Positions 1-11,222 of a stretch of DNA of 64,000 nucleotides are shown piece after piece (position 1 is the first letter of the stretch; every line of letters starts with the position of its first letter). The position numbers were made by a program, and so were the translations under genes. The notes below the pieces were generated by a model, which saw nothing but the letters and a program-made list of their open reading frames with translations, was not told the DNA's origin and made no database searches. Source of the DNA: Picochlorum sp. SENEW3 (lineage: Eukaryota). The DNA lies in assembly GCA_034226945.1 (NCBI GenBank), contig CP120464.1, forward strand, positions 682,001 through 746,000, in the 5' to 3' direction.

Positions 1-782
1 GACAGTAGAAAGTTTTTGATGAAAGGGCTTATGCCGCGGATACAAGAGGCCAAAGAGCAAGGGCGCTCCCTGGTAGCAGCTGGTACGTATAATCATTTCA
101 CTTCCTGGTAGCATGCCATCAGGATTTTAATGCCTCCGCTGTGCGCATGTAGACTGTGGAGCTGGAATAGGTAGAGTAACAGGATCATTGTTGCTGCATT
201 ACTTTGATGAGGTGGACCTTGTGGAGCCCTCAGGTGGGTACCCTCGAGCACATTTGTTGCTCCATTGTTGACTACAAAGCATCCTTCCGTGTACAGGGCA
301 TTTGTTAGAGACAGCCAAAAGAAATTTAGTGGAGTCAAAGCCAGCAAATATTCCTCCCACTCACCGAGCCGTGAACTTTTACCAGACTGGTCTGGAAGCC
401 TTTCAGCCAGAACAGGGCCGTTATGATTGTTTGTGGATCCAGTGGGCAATAATGTATTTGACGGACGGTACGTCAACTCAAAAGTACTGACGGATTGTAT
501 TAGACCTCTCATAATGTGTATGATGTCATTGTAGAGGATGCTGTTAAATTCTTTCGGCGGTGCGCCTCTGCAATGAGGCCCCAGGGGGTCATCTTTCTCA
601 AAGAGAATGTCTGCGACAATGGATTCATCGTCGATTCGGATGACTGCAGCATCACGAGATCCCACAGCTACTTTGTGGAGTTGTTCAAGAAAGCTGGAGT
701 GAGGATTGCCCATTCGGCACTCCAGAAAAATTTTCCCAAGCAGCTTTTCAAGGTTCGAATGTATGCCCTCAGATTTGATTGA
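1..782 (+). CDS. NTMT1: Alpha N-terminal protein methyltransferase 1 (5'-truncated by window, multi-exon)
   Basis: Spliced exons give DCGAGIGRVT...DLVEP, YDCLWIQWAIMYLTD and IFLKENV...DSDDCSITRS; GT-AG introns at about 83-151, 234-296 and 468-534. Confidence 0.9.
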
Positions 783-816
783 TTGTTCGTTTACAATTTT
801 TATTGGAGGAAAAAAG

Positions 817-1949
817 TTATTCTTCAACCTCAGCAAGAGCATCTTTGGCCAAATTCCCTACGTACCACAAAGCAAAAGCAGTAAAGCCGAAACCCAGCCC
901 GAGCTGCCACCACTGAACTCCAACACTCCCTTCTGCGCCTCCTACCAGGATTTCCTTACCATATGTTCCTGCAGCAACGTATGCGAGCGTCCCAGGGAGC
1001 ATCCCCAAGCAGGAAGCAGCTACATAAGATCCCAAATCCACCGATGTGACGCCATACAAATAGTTCGACGCTGCCAATGGCAACAGCGGGGACAGGCGCA
1101 GAAGCGCAACTACCCTGAAGCCATCCTTGCCGATGGCCTTGTCAATCGCTGCGAATTTTGGGTTCTTGTTCGCCCAGGCAGCAAATCTATCTCTTGCTAA
1201 ATATCTTGAAATCAAAAATGCACCAGCCGCTGCAAGGGTCGATGATAACGAAACCACTGCTGTTCCAGGAACAATGCCAAAGATAACCCCAGCTGTCATC
1301 GTCAAGGGAATGGCTGGAACGGCCAGCAACTCTAACAAAGCATACACTACAATATACGCAACATATCCCAAAGCCCCCCAGTCATCAACTAAAGAGATGA
1401 ACGTATCCAAAAATAATTTTATCTGGTCCTTCAACAGAGCACCGCCAACAGCCAATGCTACCAGACCACCCACGACAGAGAGGGTCCCTATCAACTTGGG
1501 CGACAGGCCCCCCACTAACTCGGCTTCGGAAGAGGAATTCTCCGCATTCTTACCCCCAATTTGACTTTCTCTGCATCCAACAGACCATGAATCAACTGGC
1601 ATCCAACCAGTAGAACATTAAACACACAGTGAGACTCACCTCTTCTCCAGTCCTTCCTCCACTGCCTCGGAATCCTGAGAGGCGACCGCCACAGCTGATT
1701 TCCATTGCCGTATCGGTAATCTCAACTTGAGCGATGTGCAATGAAATGCAGATCCAGAAGATCGAGTCAGAGCGGTGACGCATTTCTGTCAAAGCAAAGC
1801 ACGAGATAAGGTGATAAGTGATCAGTCGGCCACGAAACTTGACAAGGATACATGGATTCACAGCGATTTCCGCTCTTCATCATCCTTGAGTCAATCGCAT
1901 TTCATACCTGACGGGCGAGGGTCAAGCCAGCGCTTTGTAATAAAGCCAT
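817..1949 (-). CDS. TVP38/TMEM64 (DedA/SNARE-associated Golgi) membrane protein, probable N-terminal transit peptide exon
   Basis: ORF 817-1602 with PAIPLTMTAG and LLRLSPLLP...NYLYG motifs; upstream exon with GTGAGT donor near 1638; start codon approximate. Confidence 0.85.
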
Positions 1950-2045
1950 GTCTCAAAAGAAGCAAAAGTTTTGGACAGGGCCGTCCTCACGAATATATTA
2001 CACAGAGATGGTTATTACTATTGTACTGGTCGGAGAGAAGCTGCT

Positions 2046-2981
2046 TCACATGTGTCGCATTGTGGCTGCTTCGGAACAAGGGCTAGTGGAGATGTTTTGA
2101 ATCCTATTGAAGTAGTCTTCATCCTTTCGATTGCCCATGGCACTCCCACGCCTCATCTTCTCCCTGTACTCCTCTTTCGATTTAGTCACGTAATGGTACA
2201 GGGCAAAAGGAGGCGGGGATTCAACACCGCGGGGATTCCTGCCGCCTTCGACCCCCCTTCCATGACAATCAACTGCAAAGTATCCCTCCTTGTATGAAAA
2301 AGTGTGTGGATCGGAGAGAGGTGCCAGAGCAAATTTGGTGTTCACGACCGACTTGATTTCTTCATTCTCGGAATATCTCCACGGTGTACATGCCTGATAA
2401 TTTTCCAGCACGCCCCCTGTCGCAGGCTTTGTCACATGTCCGGAAGGACCCACAATCCGCCAGTTGATTGCAACCCCACCAACATGCATCATGTGGCTGG
2501 TCAAAAATTTGGCAAAATTTGTTTCCAACCGCTGAATAGGAACAATAAACTCATCAATGTCCCAAAATCCTATAAATTTATGACTCTCTCGGACGCTATC
2601 CAAACACAAGTTGTACAGGGTCACCTGCAGTTGAGGAACTGTTCTGGGATTCACATAGGGCAGCGAGTACAGCTCAACCACCCCACTGCGTATCCGCGCC
2701 CGCAGCACATGCTCCAACGCCCCCACATCAGGATCATCTGTCAGCATGAGATAGAATTTCCCGACTCCAACGGCCTCGTGATATTGCACCCATTCCAAAA
2801 CATTCTCTGGAGTATCCCGAACAGCGACACAGAGTGCGAGCGGCGACCCATCACCTGCAACGCTCTCTATCGATGTGAAAGCTTCTGAAACCACTCCAAA
2901 GTACAATAAAAGCCCGCAAATGAGCACAGTGCACCAAAAAGCGAACAGGCCAGCCCCAAACGTGCCAACGACAGTTGACAT
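2046..2981 (-). CDS. Glycosyltransferase family 92/DUF23-like type II membrane protein
   Basis: N-terminal TM helix; EWVQYHEAVGVGKFYL; DxD motif GFWDIDEF; HYVTKSKEEY. Confidence 0.75.
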   Translation of the reverse strand: MSTVVGTFGAGLFAFWCTVLICGLLLYFGVVSEAFTSIESVAGDGSPLALCVAVRDTPENVLEWVQYHEAVGVGKFYLMLTDDPDVGALEHVLRARIRSGVVELYSLPYVNPRTVPQLQVTLYNLCLDSVRESHKFIGFWDIDEFIVPIQRLETNFAKFLTSHMMHVGGVAINWRIVGPSGHVTKPATGGVLENYQACTPWRYSENEEIKSVVNTKFALAPLSDPHTFSYKEGYFAVDCHGRGVEGGRNPRGVESPPPFALYHYVTKSKEEYREKMRRGSAMGNRKDEDYFNRIQNISTSPCSEAATMRHM

Positions 2982-3221
2982 GTGCTAGTGTCGCTCGGAC
3001 CTTTTCTAATGTATTCTGATGCAAAGATTGGTTCTTATTCTATATGAAATTGTGATTCGATAGAGCTGAGAACATGACATCTCCATTTTTGCCCAATCTT
3101 GCATATGAATAAAATTGAAAAAACCAAGAGCCATCTGGGGAACGGGCGCGTGATCAAAGACACAATTGTGTAGTTGCAAGTAAATCACCCAAAAAAACAA
3201 AATTATTAAGGCGGTAATGGT

Positions 3222-4257
3222 GTGGATCCTTGTTACAGAATTTGTTCGATAGGAAGCATGGTCTTCGATAGTCAACTTGTTGGTCAAGTTTGTTCTCTGA
3301 TATGGACAATTACGTATGCTGTGTTGAATATATGCCTCCATGTACCTTATTACATTGTGTGGAATGCTATTGATGCCATCAATGGACGACGAGGCCTGAG
3401 AACGAAAGCAACCCACTGGCAGGGAGCTACCATGTACAACGCAAAAGTATACCATTCGCGTTCCAAACCATCCAAGCATGCATTTGAATACAATGTTAGA
3501 GTATCTGTGATAGATTTGGACTCGCCTCCGTGGTGGTGGGGACAAAGCGGGGCTTCTAGGAACGATACTATGACTGGTCCGGAGGCAAGGGCCCTGGCAG
3601 GAACACGGGGCAAGGTGCGATTGCTCACGAATCCGCCTGTCGCGGGATACCGGCAGAATCCGATAAGCGTATACTATTGCTACAATCTCGACGAAGAGTT
3701 GGCCATCTGCATCGCAGAGGTGACGAACACGCCTTGGGCAGACAGGGTGACATTCTTGTTCAGGCCAGATGGAGAATCTGTGCCAAAGTCGCTGCATGTT
3801 TCACCCCTCATGGACATGAAGAGCACATGGTGTGTCTTTTTCTACCAGTAAGGTGTATTTGTCGGACTTTTCATAACCCATGATTGCGTGCAGGACATTG
3901 AAGACCAATGCCCCCGGGGATTCGTTCTTCCTCTCGGTCTCGGTGTGTCACCCCAGTATGGGAGAGTATTTCACGGCCTGGATGAAGGGTTGCGTAGACC
4001 AAGTGCATCCACACCAACCGAACGAAATGGCGGGCATATTGACACTGTTCAAGTATGGGTTTCAGCCTCAGAGAATCGCTGCATGGATTTACTGGCATGC
4101 TCTTGTGCTGTTGTGGAAAGGTGTACCATTTTATGGGCCTCCCTCGCTAGAGATGTGCCAAGCAGCGGCTAGAAAATCAGGCAATCCAAAGATGACGGAT
4201 GGATGCGCATTCAAATGGCGACCTGCCACCAGCTGGCCATGGCGGTCACAACCATGA
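3222..4257 (+). CDS. DUF1365 family protein (2 exons)
   Basis: YRQNPISVYYCY, AEVTNTPW, KSLHVSPLMDM and IYWHALVLLWKG; intron about 3830-3893. Confidence 0.85.
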
Positions 4258-4284
4258 CACATGTTACATTTTAAACAACAAAGT

Positions 4285-4593
4285 TTACTCTTCCTGGTAA
4301 TCCTTGAGTGCTGGATGCTCTTCCCATTTGGGATCTCCTGCTGCCACCAAATCAATGTATTTCTGCATGGCCTCCTCTTTCGACACCCCTTTCAGCTCTG
4401 CCCAGGCGTCCCATTTGGCGCGTGCCTCAAACTGAACAGCCCAAGGCTGCGGGATGTTCACATCGCCCTCGGTCGCTTGCTTGAAGTAGGAATAAAATTT
4501 CAACTTCTCTTCATTCGACGCATTTGGATTGGGTGGTCCGTTGCGAACAAGCCAAACAGCCTTCTTAAAGCGTTTCTCGAGGTCAGTGCTCAT
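4285..4593 (-). CDS. ACBP: Acyl-CoA-binding protein
   Basis: KLKFYSYFKQATEGD...AKWDAW...KEEAMQKY. Confidence 0.95.
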   Translation of the reverse strand: MSTDLEKRFKKAVWLVRNGPPNPNASNEEKLKFYSYFKQATEGDVNIPQPWAVQFEARAKWDAWAELKGVSKEEAMQKYIDLVAAGDPKWEEHPALKDYQEE

Positions 4594-4761
4594 CGCGCAG
4601 TCGATTGATAGTTAAATCGTAAACTAGTAAATGTTTTCAAATTCACTTTGACGAAACAAATATGGTTCGCGCCTTATAATGCATTCGTGATGGTGATGAT
4701 CTCATCGCCTTGAGCAAGGCCTCATGAGGCGAAAATCTGTGCTCGTTTCAACCATGATTGA

Positions 4762-6036
4762 TCAGTGTGGAGCCAGGAGGGTAAAATCCGAATCTTCCAG
4801 GACTTTGATATCCGAACACCCTGGGATGTCATCAATGACAGCTCGTAGCAGCTCTGCGCCTTTCTGCCGCTGCTCTTTGGACAAGGGAACATATGGGAGG
4901 CGGAATACAGGCTTGACCAGTCCACACATGGCCATGGCAGTGTTTCTACAAAAGGAAAAAAGGACAGCGACGTGAATACCAAGCAAATACTACACAACAA
5001 ACACAAATCACGCACATTGGAATCGGATTTGGCTCGCAGAATAACCAGGCAATCAGCTCTTGCAGCTTCTCGTTCTGCTCGTCATCCCGGGACTCCATTA
5101 AAGACGAGAATAATCCCGGGATGATATTTGACGTCACCGACACAACCCCCTGTGCTCCATGATTATGTCTGCTTCCGTGGGCTTCGTCGTCGTTCCCGCT
5201 CCAGCATGTCACCCCATGCTTCACATATGAGTCAATTCGATCATTCCCAGTGCATTCCTTCACACCCAGGAAGTTTTGATGGCTGTTCAATTCAAACACC
5301 ACGTCTTCTGGTATATCCTGGCTAGTTCTTCCCGGGACATTATAAATCATGGCTGGTCCTTCCTCTAAAACGGCTTTGAAATGAGCCCTCAAGCCGGCAA
5401 TGGATGTCTTTCCATAGTACGGATTGATGTGCAATGCAGCATGCATGCCCACTCCAAAACCTTGCTCCGTGGCATGAAGTGCTTCTCCAGTTGAGTTACT
5501 CCCTGTGTTCCCGATAACCTTGATATCGTTGCCAAACTGATTGACGGTGTGAGCAATAAGCATGATGTGCTCATCCCAGCCCATCAGTTGACCCTCTCCC
5601 GTCGTTCCACCGACGATAATCCCGTCGACTCCGTTTGCAATTTGGTTCGCAACGAGAGCGTCATACGATGCCAAGTCGAACTTTCCGTTTTCGAGGTATG
5701 GAGTCTTCAACGCTGCGGAAACACGTACAGAAGTGTTACTTCAATCGTCAACCGACCATTCCGGTGCCGATCCTTCCTTTAAGGGGCCTCTATATCAGAA
5801 CCACACTTCATAAAACATATCATAATCCACGCACCGGTAATCGTTCTCAATTTCTTGAGATCCCGCGTGGTCCCAGCGGCATCCTCAGCGCCAGGGAAAG
5901 GAGCCAAGACATTCACGGGCACGCACACTCTCCGAGGATTTCGCAAACCTTTAGTATGTTTCCTCGCAGCGGGCGACCTTGCCAACCGTGGGTTGGTCTG
6001 TATCCCTTGTCTAACAACACGTCCGCTCTCAAACAT
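4762..6036 (-). CDS. dapA: 4-hydroxy-tetrahydrodipicolinate synthase, plastid (multi-exon)
   Basis: [29 protein letters not shown] and EPNPIP; transit-peptide-like first exon ending DLKKLRTIT; last exon VFRLPYVPL. Confidence 0.93.
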
Positions 6037-6114
6037 GGCAGACTGACTTTTATGACACAGGTGCGTATCAAAGATATCTATACAAACGAAATATTTATGT
6101 GCAATTCTATAGTC

Positions 6115-7122
6115 TCATTCAGAGCCATATTCGATTCTGAATCGGAGCTCTTTCTGATCTTGGGCAGCCACTGCATTAAATATGGCTTGAAAGGTGGTGG
6201 AGTTTGCAATGCCATCCTTGTCTGATTGTCCTATGACTCGATGCACGGATGAGACATACTTCTTGGGTCGGTTCGCCCCGAGAACCAAATATACCTTGAG
6301 CTTCTCGAAGTCATAAATGCTTGGAGTAGCATTCTTCACTGGCTGATTGGCCTGTTGCTCTGCATGCATCACATATTTGTACAACACTTGCTTGAAGTCA
6401 AGCACGTTCTTTTTTGCTGGACATGTCACATAGTTTATTTTCCCCATTGGACCGATACTGTCAGCCGTATCATGCAAGCTGAATGCAATATTATAGACTA
6501 TGGCAGGGGGTCCAAGAGTTTTAACCTTCTGGGGAGACCGAGGATTCGATATGCTACTCAAATTTCTATTCATCATCCCCCTCGCAATACCACTCACTCC
6601 TATAGAGTTTTTGGGTGCCGTGTGACCGATAGCGTCCTCTTCTGCTTCCGGCATCTCATCAACATGCAGCACCTTGACCAAGACTTGCTCAAAAACAATG
6701 TCTGGAAGGCATCCATTCGGAGGACATGTCGTTTCACACACGGGACAACAGCATGAATTCAATGTTCTAAACCACGAGTGTATGCACCCTTCACAGAATC
6801 TATGCATACAAGAGGTGAGGACAACAGCATTTGTTAGGACGTTCTTGCACAGGGGGCATGAGAAGTAGGGCAAGATTTCCCCCTTCACAACGTGCAACGT
6901 ATCATCTGGTTTTGATTTTTTGTGGCGTTTGGCTGCCACCGTAGAGGAAGGTCTCTTGTTTGCGGTTTCGAGTTGTTTGGCAGCACCCTGTCTCCCTGTC
7001 TCTGGCTGCTCCCCCTGCCTCATTTTGGTTGCGTTCGCTAGAGCCTTTTGAATCATCTTGGATGCGTTCAAAGCCGCGCGTTTTTCCTGCAGTGCCTCGT
7101 GTGGGCCCAGGTCCACAATCAT
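6115..7122 (-). CDS. C3HC4 RING protein, RING1/BMI1(PCGF)-like with possible RAWUL domain
   Basis: CPLC...CMHRFCEGCI...CPVC; C-terminal INYVTCPAKKNVLDFKQVL; basic NLS upstream. Confidence 0.65.
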   Translation of the reverse strand: MIVDLGPHEALQEKRAALNASKMIQKALANATKMRQGEQPETGRQGAAKQLETANKRPSSTVAAKRHKKSKPDDTLHVVKGEILPYFSCPLCKNVLTNAVVLTSCMHRFCEGCIHSWFRTLNSCCCPVCETTCPPNGCLPDIVFEQVLVKVLHVDEMPEAEEDAIGHTAPKNSIGVSGIARGMMNRNLSSISNPRSPQKVKTLGPPAIVYNIAFSLHDTADSIGPMGKINYVTCPAKKNVLDFKQVLYKYVMHAEQQANQPVKNATPSIYDFEKLKVYLVLGANRPKKYVSSVHRVIGQSDKDGIANSTTFQAIFNAVAAQDQKELRFRIEYGSE

Positions 7123-7466
7123 CCCTCCTCTCTCTCTCTGTCTGTCTGTGTTGACTTTGTTTCAGATAGCCAGAGCCTCCTCACTTCCACACCATAGATA
7201 CGATTCGGAGCCCTTTTCCTGACAAGAGGTGGATGGAATGACGCAGCAAACAAAGTGACTCTCCGGAGACCCTTTTTATTTTTAATGTAAGGAATGCGAA
7301 AAGGCGCCACAGATTTCAAATTCCACGAGGACCAGACAATCTTGATGTTCGGCATTCCATTCGCTAGCGAGGAATAATTAATATTGCTACTTATCTATAA
7401 AAGTATCATAAATATAATCCACAAAGAATTTGATCCAGTGCCTAACGTCTGTCAAGAGTAGAACCA

Positions 7467-8683
7467 TGGCAACAGACTCGAGTGTCAACAACAACCAGCA
7501 AGGTATGCGCATACGGTGCTGTATGGTCTACTAGGCCCCGTGTTAGGGGTAAATAAATGTTATATATATATGTGGTAAACAACATGTATAGTTCCCTTGT
7601 TGGGGTTGAGAAGAGGAGTGTGTCTCGCACGCTCGGCCAGGCGTCAAGCAGCAAGCGTGTCACGTGACGAATCGATATGATGACGATGATGATGTGTGCG
7701 TTGCAGTGACAAATGAACCCTTACTGGACGAGAACAGTGATCGATTCGTCTTGTTCCCGATCAAGTATAATGAAATCTGGGAAATGTACAAGAAGGCAGA
7801 GGCTTCCTTCTGGACAGCTGAAGAGGTTGATCTGGGAGGAGACATCAAGCACTGGGAAGGATTGAATGACAACGAGAGACATTTCATCTCTCATGTGCTT
7901 GCATTCTTTGCTGCATCTGATGGCATCGTAAATGAGAATTTGGGGGTACGATTTTTGAAGGAGGTGCAGATCCCAGAGGCCAGAGCTTTTTATGGATTCC
8001 AAATCGCCATTGAGAATATTCATAGCGAGATGTATAGTCTCCTGCTTGAGACATACATCAAGGATCCTGTTGAAAAGAACAAGCTGTTCCATGCCATCGA
8101 GACAGTACCAGTGGTGAAGAAGAAGGCAGATTGGGCCATGAGATGGATTGAGTCCAGCGATTCTTTCGCAGAGCGATTGGTTGCATTCGCCTGCGTTGAA
8201 GGAATTTTCTTCTCCGGATCCTTCTGTGCCATTTACTGGCTCAAAAAGCGAGGGCTGCTTCCAGGATTGACATTCTCCAACGAGTTGATCTCTCGTGATG
8301 AGGGGCTCCACACAGATTTTGCATGCCTCATCTACTCCTTGCTCAACAACAAGCTCAGCAAGGAGAGAATCGCAGATATCGTGACGAACGCCGTTGAATT
8401 AGAGAAGGAGTTTATTTGCGACGCCCTGCCTGTCGACCTGATCGGCATGAACGCGAGGCTCATGTCACAGTACATTGAATTTGTAGCTGATAGACTTCTG
8501 GTTGCCCTGGGGAATGACAAGGTGTACAATGTTGCCAATCCATTCGATTGGATGGAACTGATTTCTTTGCAGGGAAAGACAAATTTCTTCGAGAAGAGAG
8601 TTGGCGAGTACCAAAAGGCTGGAGTGATGAATTCGATGACTGAGGCGGCCAACCACACGCTCTCATTCAACGAAGACTTCTAA
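7467..8683 (+). CDS. RNR2: Ribonucleotide reductase small subunit (short first exon plus main exon)
   Basis: [42 protein letters not shown] and [10 protein letters not shown]; intron about 7503-7705. Confidence 0.97.
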
Positions 8684-8774
8684 ACGTTTGTGCATGGCAC
8701 TTGCACGTTTCAAATGCATTGTTTCCAAAAGCATTGGTAAAATGTCTCGATTTTTTTCACATGTAAGTTAAATA

Positions 8775-9845
8775 TCATTCCTTTGTGACAAAGGTATAGC
8801 AAACGACCGGTAGAGATTGCCGAGCCAAGGATGCCATTACGGATGCTGCAAATCCCAGTGCCAGGATGGCCAGAGGAATTTCTAGCAACTCGTAATAGAA
8901 CCGCACAGGAAGTATGGCGACCAATTTTTCCTTGGATACCTGGATCAAACGTTGACAAATTATGATGCAAACGAAAGGAATAGATGCCCCCCATTGGATG
9001 GGCTTCATCAGTTCCCGTGACCTCTTCACGGCGTCCCATCCCCTGAGGTGCTCCGCAAGAGCCACCGGAAGGGCCACATGCACGCTCATGATAATTGGTA
9101 GCGTGAACGGCAGCGTAAACACTAGCAAACTCACAAACTGTAAAGGAACGACAACCAAGGAAACCAAAAACTCCACTGCAACAACATGGGGTACCATCTC
9201 CTTAACCCGAGGCCACATGCTCCTTGCCCTCTCAATACCAGCTTTGATCCCCGGCATTACCCCTGAACCTACTTCCCCTGATGCCTCACCCATGATTTCA
9301 GACGATATGAAAAAGAAATACACAGATTGAATGGTTTTCACCAGCACGCTGCATGGAAATGCCAACGCAAAAACAAGTCCTGTCAGCAGTTGATACGCAT
9401 TCCCTAGATTTGGATTCTGACTCAACCACCACAAATTTCCAATCACATCAGGACTGCACCCCAGCACCCCCATAGCAGCTTCATTCGTCAACCTGTGAAA
9501 CACTCTATTCAACACAAAGTTGATTGATTCTGTGGCGAGAAAGACAAATGCAAGCGATGCCAGGTTCTTCCGGACCACATGGTAAAGCCCGACAAACACA
9601 TCTCTACTCACATGCCACCAACGTTGTTCCCCTACATCCCCGCTGCTCGCAGCCATGCACATGCCTGCATCATGACAAGGCAGACGAGACGCACCCACTG
9701 CCAAGCTGCAACGGTCGTATACCGGTCCACCCACCCGTGCCCGTCCCTCCATACTGCATCGATTCCATCGATATCTAAATTCAATTGATGAGATGGGTCT
9801 ATTAAGAGGACCGATGCCCTTTGAAAGTCCCGGAACCGTCCTCAT
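8775..9845 (-). CDS. Multi-pass membrane protein of unknown function, probable transit peptide
   Basis: 356-aa ORF with several hydrophobic helices. Confidence 0.65.
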   Translation of the reverse strand: MRTVPGLSKGIGPLNRPISSIEFRYRWNRCSMEGRARVGGPVYDRCSLAVGASRLPCHDAGMCMAASSGDVGEQRWWHVSRDVFVGLYHVVRKNLASLAFVFLATESINFVLNRVFHRLTNEAAMGVLGCSPDVIGNLWWLSQNPNLGNAYQLLTGLVFALAFPCSVLVKTIQSVYFFFISSEIMGEASGEVGSGVMPGIKAGIERARSMWPRVKEMVPHVVAVEFLVSLVVVPLQFVSLLVFTLPFTLPIIMSVHVALPVALAEHLRGWDAVKRSRELMKPIQWGASIPFVCIIICQRLIQVSKEKLVAILPVRFYYELLEIPLAILALGFAASVMASLARQSLPVVCYTFVTKE

Positions 9846-9960
9846 CTCGACAACAGTTTGAATTAACTTCCTTCGTTATTGATTCATATTACATCCGTTC
9901 TCAGTCGATTATATGCTTTTTATTAGCAAATATATAATACAAATGTGGCCATTCATTCAC

Positions 9961-10566
9961 TCATTCATTGGACCACAGGCTTCCAATGCCCATCGCTCCT
10001 GGACTCGTGAGATCATGAGACATGTTCATCCGTTTCGATTCTCTGAGCACGTGAGCTTGATCGAGCTGGCCTTGGTACGAAGCTAGCAATCTCTTGGTGG
10101 CCTCCAGCTCCCTCTCCACCATACTTATTGTTGATCTAGACACGCCCAGCTCACCCTTCAACTGTTCCAAATTCCTCTCCTGCCGCCTCAGTTCTTCAGT
10201 CTTCGCCTTCAACTCCAACACCGTCTGATGCAATTCATCCTCCTTGCATTTCATCTCCCCGTCCTTGGCATGTAACGCCCTTTCCTTGCCTTTGAGTTCC
10301 TCTGACAACTGGGTCACCTGTGCCTCTCGCTCCTTCAGCGTGCCTTTCACCTCGAGCAATTCTCCTGCGAGAGATTCCTTGTCCTTTTTCAACCGTCGAA
10401 TTGCCCTCATAGCGACGTGCACCAAGGATCCGGCAAAGAGACCCATACTTACAACCAAAAAGGGAACCCTCGAGCCATTCGTCCCTTGCCGTCCAATCGA
10501 GCGACAGTAGTGTCTTTTTCTCAAATCTTCTTCAACTAGTGATCCATATTCATCGTCTGTATCCAC
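9961..10566 (-). CDS. TM plus coiled-coil protein (3' exon; upstream exons likely to ~11.0 kb)
   Basis: Hydrophobic segment followed by ~110 aa heptad-rich region; splice-like sites upstream. Confidence 0.6.
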   Translation of the reverse strand: MDTDDEYGSLVEEDLRKRHYCRSIGRQGTNGSRVPFLVVSMGLFAGSLVHVAMRAIRRLKKDKESLAGELLEVKGTLKEREAQVTQLSEELKGKERALHAKDGEMKCKEDELHQTVLELKAKTEELRRQERNLEQLKGELGVSRSTISMVERELEATKRLLASYQGQLDQAHVLRESKRMNMSHDLTSPGAMGIGSLWSNE

Positions 10567-11222
10567 AATAACGGCCGCTGTCAGGAATACGTACAGAAAT
10601 TCACCCCAAGGCGACCAACGGACACACAGAGAGCAAGGTCAAGTATGACAATGTCCCTCACACCTTGGCTCTTACGATCCCATGATTATGCATACAATGC
10701 TGGTCCCAGAATAAATCAACATACCTCGTTCGCTTTGGTTGACACTGGGTGGGACACTTGACGCAACCGATACCTGTTGCTGCTGCCTGGATCCACCTCC
10801 TCCGAATAGAGGAGCACGAGAGTTCATTCTTCCAACATTAGAAATGGGAAATTATTGAAGGCATACGCTCCATGGCGCTTCCTCCTGGCCTGCTTTGGTT
10901 TTGCTTGGGGCACTGAAATCGATGGTGGTTGCCCATCATACAAGGGCGCCGATGGTGAAATACAGGTCACCAGGGCCAATTCACCACACGAATTGCGTGT
11001 GCACGAATGACGGGCTCGCATCCGATTGATCATCCCATATGCCCTCACACATACTTCTTTACTAAAACTAAATCATATGGTGTTGCTAGTCGAGGAGGGG
11101 TTTGAACACTTCACCTGGTGATCTCTGAGACTCTTTGAGGCAGTCCAAGCGCCAGACGTAGGGTATCCTTGACAGAGTACTATTTTTTTTTTTTGATTCA
11201 TATCATTCATTTCGGTAAAAAG

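Noticed and set aside
93..842. Long antisense ORFs over host genes (also 7721-8311 and others)
   Set aside because: Shadow frames of well-supported genes on the opposite strand
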